The notes below the pieces were generated by a model. The model saw only the letters and a program-made list of their open reading frames with translations, made no database searches and had not been told where the DNA came from. A stretch of DNA of 44,380 bases from Candidatus Shapirobacteria bacterium (GTDB lineage: Bacteria; Patescibacteriota; Microgenomatia; UBA12405). Position 1 is the first letter of the stretch. Every line of letters begins with the position of its first letter. Below are positions 1 through 7,859 of the stretch, piece by piece. Both the position numbers and the translations under genes were made by a program. Location: positions 142,187-186,566 of the forward strand of contig JAUYJS010000003.1 of assembly GCA_030698565.1 (NCBI GenBank), written 5' to 3'.

Positions 1-7
1 TATTAAT

Positions 8-90
8 AATTTAAAACATAAATTTAGGAGCGCAGTCATCTGAGTGGATATTACGAAGGCGCGAGCACCGCAAATTTAATGTTTTAAATT
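8..90. repeat. Imperfect inverted repeat (8-25 vs 72-90) enclosing a 46-nt GC-rich core; direct TATTAATAATTT at 1-12 and 97-108
   Basis: AATTTAAAACATAAATTT pairs with AAATTTAATGTTTTAAATT apart from one extra base. The core AGGAGCGCAGTCATCTGAGTGGATATTACGAAGGCGCGAGCACCGC stands out from the AT-rich flanks. Confidence 0.4.
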
Positions 91-115
91 ATAGGTTATT
101 AATAATTTTCTCCAC

Positions 116-124
116 TTATCCACA
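116..124 (+). promoter_or_regulatory. Single perfect DnaA-box consensus TTATCCACA next to an AT-rich tract
   Basis: Exact 9-mer read in the sequence. Only one perfect box is present, plus a 7/9 match near 43-51. Confidence 0.2.
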
Positions 125-236
125 TCAACATCTTATATATTTATTTATATATAATCAATAATTATTATAAGATTTATTTTAGCTTCAAAAATTACTTTTA
201 TAACTCCAATTTATTACATAGGCTATAATAAAACCA

Positions 237-1292
237 ATGGACTATTCCAAAACCTATCAAAAATTAATTAAAGAATTTCCTAATTTGGAAATTTACCAAA
301 ATCATCTCCTTGCCCCCTACACCACCCTCAAAATCGGCGGCCCTGTCGATATCTTTATTAAGACCAAAAATGATTTTCAATTTAAATCTATCCTAAAAGA
401 CCTCAATAATTTACCAATTACCATTCTAGGCAATGGCTCCAATGTCCTAATTTCCGACTCTGGTATTAGAGGTATTGTTATTAAGCCTAGCTCGCAAAAA
501 ATAGATATTTTAAATAAGCATTCATTAGCTAGTTCCGATCTAAAACCTGCAATATCTAGCAGACGAACCGAAAACGAACCAGAAAAATATCTTAATTTTC
601 AAGATATTGACTACAATGAATCCCAAAATCCTACCGTTAAAGTCAAAATTTCCGCCGGTGTTTCCCTCCCCTATGCCATCAACTTTTTAATTAACCAAGG
701 AATTACTGGTCTGCAATGGTTTGCCTATATCCCCGGCACAATCGGCGGCGCTATTATTTGCAATATTCATGGTGGCCATTATCATTTTTCTGACTATATT
801 GAAGAAATAAGGGCGTTCGATCTCAAAAGCCAAAAATTTATTGTCTTTAATAAATCAGATCTCAAATGGGATTATGGCCAATCTTATTTCCAACAACACC
901 CTAATTTAGTTATTTTTTCAGTCACTCTAAAACTATTTTTAGGTGACAAAGACAAAGCTAAGTTGGTCGTTCAAACTTGGATTCAGCAAAAAATTAAGGT
1001 TCAACTCATGAATTCCGCCGGTTCTGTCTTTAAAAATCCTTCCTTAAAAGACTGCTTTGCAGTCTGGGGCGAGCAAAAATCCGCCGGTTGGATTATCGAC
1101 CACGAATTAAATTGGAAAGGAAAAACCATTAATGGTGCTCAAATTAGTCAGAAACACGCCAATATTATTATAAATACTGGCCACGCCACCGCCCAAGACT
1201 ACTACACATTAGCTCAATCTATTAAGCAAGAGATCAAAAATCGATTCAATATCGATTTAGAAATGGAAGTTAAATTATTGGGAGAATTTTAA
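237..1292 (+). CDS. murB: UDP-N-acetylenolpyruvoylglucosamine reductase
   Basis: N-terminal YTTLKIGGP FAD-binding signature, GNGSNVL, C-terminal SAGWIID...GAQIS.KHAN motif. Length is typical of MurB. Confidence 0.85.
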   Translation: MDYSKTYQKLIKEFPNLEIYQNHLLAPYTTLKIGGPVDIFIKTKNDFQFKSILKDLNNLPITILGNGSNVLISDSGIRGIVIKPSSQKIDILNKHSLASSDLKPAISSRRTENEPEKYLNFQDIDYNESQNPTVKVKISAGVSLPYAINFLINQGITGLQWFAYIPGTIGGAIICNIHGGHYHFSDYIEEIRAFDLKSQKFIVFNKSDLKWDYGQSYFQQHPNLVIFSVTLKLFLGDKDKAKLVVQTWIQQKIKVQLMNSAGSVFKNPSLKDCFAVWGEQKSAGWIIDHELNWKGKTINGAQISQKHANIIINTGHATAQDYYTLAQSIKQEIKNRFNIDLEMEVKLLGEF

Positions 1293-2164
1293 GAAGTTAA
1301 CACTTTCCATACAAATTTCGGCAACTCTAATTGCCTTCGCCATCTTTTTGGTTCCCTTATTAGAGAATATAACCACTCAAAACCCATTCTTCTCCATAAT
1401 TTCGGCGCTCGCTTAAGTTCCCCACTATAATAATCAAAACTTCTACCTACCCCCATCACTAAGCCTATACTTAACTCCCTTAGATTCTTTTCAATCCATT
1501 CCTCTTGCCGCTTCATTCCATACGCCACAAATAAGATGTCAGGCTTCGCCCGCCGTAGCTTTGGCGAAAGAGGGTTTAGATTACCACCACTTTCCGCACC
1601 AACAACATTCAATTTAGGATATTTATTTTTAAAATATTTTGCCGTTCTTTCCGCCCGATTTTCCCATCCACCTAAAAAATAAACCTTATAATCTTTTTTT
1701 GCAGCCAACTCGCACAAATCCTTCATTAAATCACTTCCCGAAGCCAACTCATCCTTATACTTGCCCTTTAATATTTCCATTCCAACCTGAAACCCAAAAA
1801 TAATTTTTCTCAGCATTAAATTTTTTTTCTGTATTTCCCTGGCCCATACCAATCCAATTCCATCCATTACATTCAAATCTGTTTTTTGAAGTATATTAAA
1901 AAAACGGCTATCTTTGGCTGTTATCATCATAAATTCCGGATTAACTGTTGCTAGCCACTTAGGCTTCCGTAGCTTTAGAGAAGAAGCCCCAAGCCACCTC
2001 TCCACCACTTTTAGCACCGCATGTCTTCCACTGCCAAAAATAGGAACACCCCATAATTCCCAATGGTTTCCATCAAAAGATTCTGTTTGGGTAACTTGAT
2101 TTTTACTAATTTTTATTTTTTTTTGTTCCATTTTTCTTTCTAAAACTGTTTTCCTCAGGTTCAA
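1289..2164 (-). CDS. WecG/TagA/CpsF-family glycosyltransferase (an internal ATG at 2131 is an alternative start)
   Basis: Motifs VNPEFMM, DGIGLVWA, VYFLGG and YGMKRQEEW are typical of the glycosyl transferase WecG/TagA family. Its stop overlaps the murB stop convergently. Confidence 0.75.
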   Translation of the reverse strand: MNLRKTVLERKMEQKKIKISKNQVTQTESFDGNHWELWGVPIFGSGRHAVLKVVERWLGASSLKLRKPKWLATVNPEFMMITAKDSRFFNILQKTDLNVMDGIGLVWAREIQKKNLMLRKIIFGFQVGMEILKGKYKDELASGSDLMKDLCELAAKKDYKVYFLGGWENRAERTAKYFKNKYPKLNVVGAESGGNLNPLSPKLRRAKPDILFVAYGMKRQEEWIEKNLRELSIGLVMGVGRSFDYYSGELKRAPKLWRRMGFEWLYSLIREPKRWRRQLELPKFVWKVLTS

Positions 2165-2579
2165 AAACCAAATTTTTATTACAAAACCATTTTTTTAAAA
2201 TTTTAGATGAAAAATTAAAAATTTTTCTCGACTGTCCAATTTTATCACTTAAAAATTTTAAAAAATGGTCAAAAAAAATATTTTACAACATCTCATAGTT
2301 ATTTTATATAAAGATTTATATTAAATATATCACTATTAATTACCTATTTTACTATAGGTAAAGCTACTTTAAAACAAAAACTATCATAATTTCTATATTT
2401 AGAATTAAATATTTATTCAAAAAATTAACGTAATAATAGGAAATAAATATAATAATTAGTAAAATATAATTGATTTATTTTAAAAAATTAAAATACTCTT
2501 ATAGAGATAGTTATTTTATAAAAAAAGAAACAAAAAAGTTAGAATAAGAAAAACTATAAGAATGAAAGACTCAACTATA

Positions 2580-3581
2580 TCAGCGTATTGCCCGTCGATA
2601 AGTCTCTAAATTTTCAATCGCAATCCCTGTCCCCTTGATCACACAAAACTGTGGCTCCAGGGCCACATGAGCCGAAACACCAATTTCCCTAGTTACTAAA
2701 GTATTAAAATTCCTAAGCTGTGATGTTCCTCCCGATAATACAATCCCCCTGTCGATAATATCAGCCACTAATTCCGGCGGCGTAATTTCCAAAGTCGCCC
2801 TAATTGCATTTATTATCTGATCCAAAAGTGGTCTTATCGATTCATATATCTCATCCGAATCTATAACTAAATTTTTTGGCAACCCATAAATAGAATCTCT
2901 TCCATTTATCTCCATAGTTTCGGGTCTTTTTAATTTAATAGCGCTACCCAATTGTATTTTTAAATTTTCCGAAGTTTGTTCTCCTATTACCAGGTTATGT
3001 TGTTTTCTTATATATTCAGTAATAGCTCGATCTAGTTTATTGCCGCCCACCCGAACGCTTTTGTGAGTTACTACACCGCCCAAAGCAATCACGGCAGCCT
3101 CGGCCGCACCACCACCGATATCGACAATCATGTTACCAAAAGCTTCAGACACCGGAATCTTAGCTCCAATTGCTGCGGCTAACGGTTCATCAATCAAATA
3201 AGCCTTTCTGGCCCCGGCCGATAAGGTGGCATCTAAGACAGCTCTTTGTTCAACCTGAGTCACTCCCGCTGGTACACAAACCATTACTTCTGGACCGAAA
3301 AACCAAGCACTACCCATTACCTGGCGCATGAAATATCTCAACATGGCCTCGGTTACCTCATAATCAGCAATTACTCCATCCTCAAGCGGCTGAATAACTT
3401 CAATATATTCTGGAGTTTTCCCTAACATCTTTTTAGCCTCATTGCCCACAGCTAATAATTTTCTATCTTCAACACCAATTGCCACAACTGTAGGCTCATT
3501 TAGAACAATACCCTCGCCCGCTTCCCAAACCACAGAATTGGCCGTGCCTAAATCAATACCCAGTTTTTTGAATAATTTCAT
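2580..3581 (-). CDS. mreB: Rod-shape-determining actin homologue MreB
   Basis: GIDLGTANSVV phosphate-1 motif, DIGGGAAE, LSGGTSQL; about 333 aa. Confidence 0.9.
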   Translation of the reverse strand: MKLFKKLGIDLGTANSVVWEAGEGIVLNEPTVVAIGVEDRKLLAVGNEAKKMLGKTPEYIEVIQPLEDGVIADYEVTEAMLRYFMRQVMGSAWFFGPEVMVCVPAGVTQVEQRAVLDATLSAGARKAYLIDEPLAAAIGAKIPVSEAFGNMIVDIGGGAAEAAVIALGGVVTHKSVRVGGNKLDRAITEYIRKQHNLVIGEQTSENLKIQLGSAIKLKRPETMEINGRDSIYGLPKNLVIDSDEIYESIRPLLDQIINAIRATLEITPPELVADIIDRGIVLSGGTSQLRNFNTLVTREIGVSAHVALEPQFCVIKGTGIAIENLETYRRAIR

Positions 3582-3655
3582 AATTATTACTCAATTTTAA
3601 CAATAAATAAGCGTTTGTTTTCCTTTAATACTATTTACTGAGATATAATATATAC

Positions 3656-4861
3656 ATGGCAAATCCTTCCGACAAAAAAAGTTTAATCATCATTTCATCT
3701 GTCTTATTTTTAATCATCTCTTCTACTTATTTTATTTCTATTTTTGCCCGTGGTTATCAGGTTGATTTTAAAGGCACTCCTTCTCTAAAAGCTACTGGTA
3801 TTATATCTGTCACTTCCAAGCCAAAATCTGCCTCAGTCTATATCAACGACAAGCTAACTACGGCGACAGACGACACTTTAAATTTACCTCCAGGAGAGTA
3901 CCAAGTTAAAATCGCCAAAGACGGTTATTTACCCTGGCAAAAAACTTTCAAAGTCAAAAAAGAGTTAGTGTACCAAACAGATGCTCAACTTTACCGTTCC
4001 GTTCCAGATTTAAAACCTCTAACTTTATCTGGAGCTATAAACCCTACTGTTAGTCCCGATGGTACCAAAATTATTTACGCTGTTGCTTCTGCCTCAGCGA
4101 GCCGAGACAACGGTCTTTACTTAATTCAACTCAACGACAACTTACTTTTATTAAAAAGAAACATTCCCAAACAAATAGCTGCCAATACTTCAAATATCGA
4201 TTGGGCCAAATTTACTTTTACCTTTTCCCCTAATTCCGCTTCCGTTCTAGCTTTTAATCCAGTGACCGATATTAATTATCAACTTTTACTAGAATCCACT
4301 ATTACTCCCACTAAATTAATTGACATTACCCCAAAACTTATTTCCATCCAAGACGAATGGGCGAATCAATCAAATCAAATTATTACTGGTAAAATAGGTG
4401 CTATCCCACCAGAATTAAAACCTCTGGTTTCCACAGATTCCGCCAAAAACTTTTCCCTTTCTACCACTGAAGATAAAATCCTTTATTTAGCCAAAGCCGA
4501 CGGCACACTTCCCGATCACATCATTCCCCCACCCCCTGCCCAAAGAACCCAAGTTCAAACACGCCAAATTAAAAAAGACAATTATTACGTTTATGATTTA
4601 AAAGATGATACTAATTTCCTTTTAGGCTCTAAAAATAACATCTTCGAGCCTTATTGGTTACCCAATTCGGACAATGTTATTTATGTCGACAACGACAGTA
4701 TCAAGGTTACCGACTATGATGCTACCAATCTACAAACATTATTTGCTGGAGACTTCGACAAAAATATAGTTATTCCCTGGACCGACGGTAGCCGTATTGT
4801 TACATTCACCACAGCCTACAAAGGTTCCCAGGAAAATCTTTACACAATTACAATTCGCTAA
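3656..4861 (+). CDS. Membrane-anchored PEGA-domain protein with a beta-propeller-like C-terminal region
   Basis: N-terminal TM helix. PEGA-like segment SVYINDKL...PPGEYQVKIAKDGYLPWQKTFKV. TolB-like repeats (SPDGTKIIYAV). Confidence 0.6.
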   Translation: MANPSDKKSLIIISSVLFLIISSTYFISIFARGYQVDFKGTPSLKATGIISVTSKPKSASVYINDKLTTATDDTLNLPPGEYQVKIAKDGYLPWQKTFKVKKELVYQTDAQLYRSVPDLKPLTLSGAINPTVSPDGTKIIYAVASASASRDNGLYLIQLNDNLLLLKRNIPKQIAANTSNIDWAKFTFTFSPNSASVLAFNPVTDINYQLLLESTITPTKLIDITPKLISIQDEWANQSNQIITGKIGAIPPELKPLVSTDSAKNFSLSTTEDKILYLAKADGTLPDHIIPPPPAQRTQVQTRQIKKDNYYVYDLKDDTNFLLGSKNNIFEPYWLPNSDNVIYVDNDSIKVTDYDATNLQTLFAGDFDKNIVIPWTDGSRIVTFTTAYKGSQENLYTITIR

Positions 4862-4864
4862 AAT

Positions 4865-5194
4865 TTACTGACACTTAGAATTTTCTAGTTGATCAATTTC
4901 GGCCAAAATCTCTTTCTCTTCCCCCATAGTCAAGCTAATTGAGTCTAAATATTTATTTGTCAAAGCATCTATTTTTAAATCCACTTGCTCTACTTCCATA
5001 CAATTTACACTAGAATCTTCTAGATCAGCGTTTGGTAAAACTACTGGATTAAGTATTGTGACCCCCAAAACTGATGAATTTGAATAATCTGTCAAATCAT
5101 TACTTTCGGCTACAAAACGTAATGGTACTAGCACCATCAAAGCAACCACAAAACTAACAATCAAAGTTCTTGAATTACGACAATTATCTTTCAT
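4865..5194 (-). CDS. Small hypothetical protein with an N-terminal TM/signal segment
   Basis: ORF with hydrophobic N-terminus LIVSFVVALMVLVPL; no recognisable family. Confidence 0.4.
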   Translation of the reverse strand: MKDNCRNSRTLIVSFVVALMVLVPLRFVAESNDLTDYSNSSVLGVTILNPVVLPNADLEDSSVNCMEVEQVDLKIDALTNKYLDSISLTMGEEKEILAEIDQLENSKCQ

Positions 5195-5238
5195 ACATTT
5201 AGTATTAAATTTATTTATTTTTTTGTCAAGCGTTCGGT

Positions 5239-5244
5239 TATAAT
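5239..5244 (+). promoter_or_regulatory. TATAAT -10 hexamer candidate for the tRNA pair
   Basis: Exact TATAAT about 80 nt upstream of tRNA-Pro; only a weak -35. Confidence 0.25.
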
Positions 5245-5268
5245 AGCAATACTAAAGCAAAAAAAAAC

Positions 5269-5324
5269 GGGTTTACCCGCCGTAGCCTTTTTGGCGGGTT
5301 TACCCGCCGAAGCTTTAGCGAAGG
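5269..5324. repeat. Two tandem GC-rich hairpins (GGCGGGTTTACCCGCC type) upstream of tRNA-Pro
   Basis: CGGGTTTACCCG and GGCGGGTTTACCCGCC palindromes plus a CCGCC...GGCGG pairing, read directly. Confidence 0.5.
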
Positions 5325-5398
5325 CGGGGATTGGCGCAATTGGCTAGCGCGCAGCGTTCGGGACGCTGAGGTTGCTGGTTCGAATCCAGTATCCCCGA
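5325..5398 (+). tRNA. tRNA-Pro (anticodon CGG)
   Basis: Hand-folded cloverleaf: acceptor CGGGGAT/ATCCCCG with C1-G72, D stem GCGC/GCGC, anticodon stem CAGCG/CGCTG, loop TTCGGGA, T arm GCTGG-TTCGAAT-CCAGT, discriminator A. No encoded CCA. Confidence 0.85.
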
Positions 5399-5411
5399 CA
5401 ATTAAAATCTT

Positions 5412-5483
5412 GTCCCTATAGTTAAATGGATAGAACGGCCGCCTCCTAAGCAGCAAATCCAGGTTCGATTCCTGGTGGGGACA
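5412..5483 (+). tRNA. tRNA-Arg (anticodon CCU)
   Basis: Hand-folded: acceptor GTCCCTA/TGGGGAC, D arm GTTA-AATGGATA-GAAC, anticodon loop CTCCTAA, T arm CCAGG-TTCGATT-CCTGG. One C-A mismatch in the anticodon stem. Confidence 0.75.
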
Positions 5484-5486
5484 CAC

Positions 5487-5600
5487 TATTTCCGCAGATT
5501 CTAATCTCACTATTTACTTTTCTCCGCAGGTATTTTTATTTCTCCGCATATTTACTTGGTCATTTTACATGATCCTCAAAGACAATCTATTTCCGCAACT
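5487..5600 (+). repeat. Four spaced direct copies of T(T/C)TCCGCA immediately downstream of the tRNAs
   Basis: TATTTCCGCAG (~5490), TTCTCCGCAGG (5521), TTTCTCCGCAT (5541), TATTTCCGCAA (5591). Confidence 0.45.
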
Positions 5601-6107
5601 TTCCTTATTTGATATAGCAACACACCACATCAAATAAAATCTATAAGTAACAATATCCCCGAATTCAAGCCCACACCCCAAAAATAACCTACAAAACATA
5701 GCTTTTCTTATAAATTAACGTTTTATTCTTTAATATCTACTTTTTACTTATTTTAGGGCTTTTTGAAATACATCAATTTATAACAATCTATAAAGAAATA
5801 CTTAATTTATTCACATATCTTAAAAATTAACTCATCGCCAAATATATTCTTAAGCTTTATTCTTTTCCTGAATTATTTAAAGTTTTGTTTTAACTTTTTA
5901 TATCCCATAATAGGCTATAAAATATAGTCAATATTATCATTTAGACACCTGCTCACCCTATCCCAGTTTCACTATTTAAAAAAAACAAATTCATCATTTA
6001 AACAACAAAAAGGGCAAAAAAGAATCAACGGCTTACCTTAGCACTAAAAATTAACTCTGCCAAATGTAATAACATAGCATTGTTAGTATTTTTGAATTCA
6101 AAAAAAA

Positions 6108-7343
6108 CTATCGCGTCATTATAACACTTCGGAAATTATCCTTTAAAAACAACTCTTTGGCTAAATTTTTGACTTCTTTTAACCCTACTTTTTTATATTT
6201 TTCTAGTTCATCCTCTATCTTTTCCAATTTTCCTTCCAATAAAATCTTTTGACCCACAAAAGTTGACCAAAAATCACTTCTATCCATCATTAATTTTGTC
6301 TTACCGTTTAAATATTCTTTCGCTCGATTCAATTCTTCTTCTTTTAAATTATTTCCAATCAACAACATCTCTTCAATCGACAACTCCAATGCTTCATTTA
6401 ACCTATCTTGTTTAACTCCCGACTGTATCCCTAAAAAACCCGCTTCCTCAAAAAGGTCCGACACTGGCATCACATAATACGCCAAAGCTCTTTCTTCCCT
6501 AATTTTTGTATAAAGTCTTGATGAAGTGTTACCTGCCAAAATTATGTCCAAAAGCTTAAAAGCATATTTACGGTCGTCTTTCCAAGAAATAGCCGGCACA
6601 CCCACACAAAAATGACCTTGTTCAATTTCCTTTTTCTTAATTAACTCTTTTTCAGGATTAATATTAACTTTTACCAAAGGCAATTTCGATGCGTTTTGAT
6701 TATGCCAATTTTCAAAATAAGAGTGAATTAATTTTAAATCTGATTCTTTTGTATCCCCAGCGATGACTACTACAATATTTTTCGGATTGAAGTATTTATT
6801 TCGATAATTTACAATATCAACTCTTTTGACACCAACCACATCTTCTACCTCTCCAGAAATATTCCAACAGCCACTTGATCCTTCATAAAAAAATTTAATA
6901 AAATCACCCGATAATCCCATCATTGGGTTATCCTGATACATTCTAATTTCTTCAGCAATCACTCCTCTCTCTTTTTCTACTTCAATTCCATCAAAAGTCG
7001 AATTAAAAAGGATGTCAGCCAGAAGCTCAGCCGCCCATGACAAGTTTTCCCGAACTGTCGTTACATAATAAGAAGTCATTTCCTGACTGGTACCAGCATT
7101 GTAACTTGCACCCTTACTATCAATTTCATTATTAATGTCTATCGGCGTCGGTCTTTTAATTGTTCCCTTAAAAGCCATATGTTCCAAAAAATGACTCAAG
7201 CCAAATTCATTCGCCCTTTCATATTTGGATCCAATCTTAACAAACACCTCAACAGTAACTGATTTTAAACCTTTTAAAGGTACCACTACACCTCTAATTC
7301 CATTACTCAAAACCGTTTCTTTAATTTTTGTTTTTTCTTCCAT
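6108..7343 (-). CDS. M16-family (pitrilysin/insulinase-like) zinc peptidase
   Basis: Inverted zinc motif HFLEHMAFKGT (HxxEH); two-domain length of about 411 aa. Confidence 0.8.
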   Translation of the reverse strand: MEEKTKIKETVLSNGIRGVVVPLKGLKSVTVEVFVKIGSKYERANEFGLSHFLEHMAFKGTIKRPTPIDINNEIDSKGASYNAGTSQEMTSYYVTTVRENLSWAAELLADILFNSTFDGIEVEKERGVIAEEIRMYQDNPMMGLSGDFIKFFYEGSSGCWNISGEVEDVVGVKRVDIVNYRNKYFNPKNIVVVIAGDTKESDLKLIHSYFENWHNQNASKLPLVKVNINPEKELIKKKEIEQGHFCVGVPAISWKDDRKYAFKLLDIILAGNTSSRLYTKIREERALAYYVMPVSDLFEEAGFLGIQSGVKQDRLNEALELSIEEMLLIGNNLKEEELNRAKEYLNGKTKLMMDRSDFWSTFVGQKILLEGKLEKIEDELEKYKKVGLKEVKNLAKELFLKDNFRSVIMTR

Positions 7344-7487
7344 CTTTCAAGTAATAATTAATCAATTAGCATTTAATCACACCGATTGCTTTATACAGTT
7401 TGATATATTATATTTTTCCCTTCCTATTTATATCTCAATATTCTAACAACCACCTCATTAATATTCAATCTGCTATTATAATATATT

Positions 7488-7859
7488 ATGCCGCCAATTA
7501 CCCCCGACCTTTCTGCTAATATAATCTCGACACTCTACTTATTATTTAGCCATAACTATATAGTTTTTGCCTATTTTACTGGATTAGTAATTAGCATTTT
7601 TTTAAGTCTTTATCGTCCCTCCCGATATGCTACACTTCTACTTTTAGGCTTCGCCTTATTAACTTTTAGCTACGAATATGACAAACATATTGTTGATGGT
7701 TTAAGGGACCAAACACTAACATCTCTGATTACCGCCAAACCCCATTATACTGTCCAACGTTGGATAAATATTGCTGTTGGTGAAATTCTACCCATTTTTT
7801 TTTACACCCTCGGTTGGTTTCTGATTTTTCTAGCCCTAATCAAGAAATCAAAAAATTAA
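7488..7859 (+). CDS. Small polytopic membrane protein, hypothetical
   Basis: Three to four hydrophobic helices. The 3' end overlaps the leuS stop region by 20 nt, convergently. Confidence 0.45.
   Translation: MPPITPDLSANIISTLYLLFSHNYIVFAYFTGLVISIFLSLYRPSRYATLLLLGFALLTFSYEYDKHIVDGLRDQTLTSLITAKPHYTVQRWINIAVGEILPIFFYTLGWFLIFLALIKKSKN

Noticed and set aside
1-236. Chromosomal replication origin
   Set aside because: Only one perfect DnaA box and one weak match are present. There is no dnaA or dnaN nearby, and no box cluster or 13-mer-type unwinding repeats that I can verify by eye.
2165-2579. 415-nt extremely AT-rich spacer between the TagA-like gene and mreB, considered as a possible ncRNA locus
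   Set aside because: No conserved structure, hairpin or recognisable RNA motif is present. It looks like an ordinary promoter/terminator spacer for this AT-rich genome.
5238-5510. 90-aa minus-strand ORF from the track
   Set aside because: It lies antisense across tRNA-Pro, tRNA-Arg and the GC-rich hairpins. Its repetitive VNPPKRLRRVNP translation comes from the hairpin repeats, so it is not a gene.
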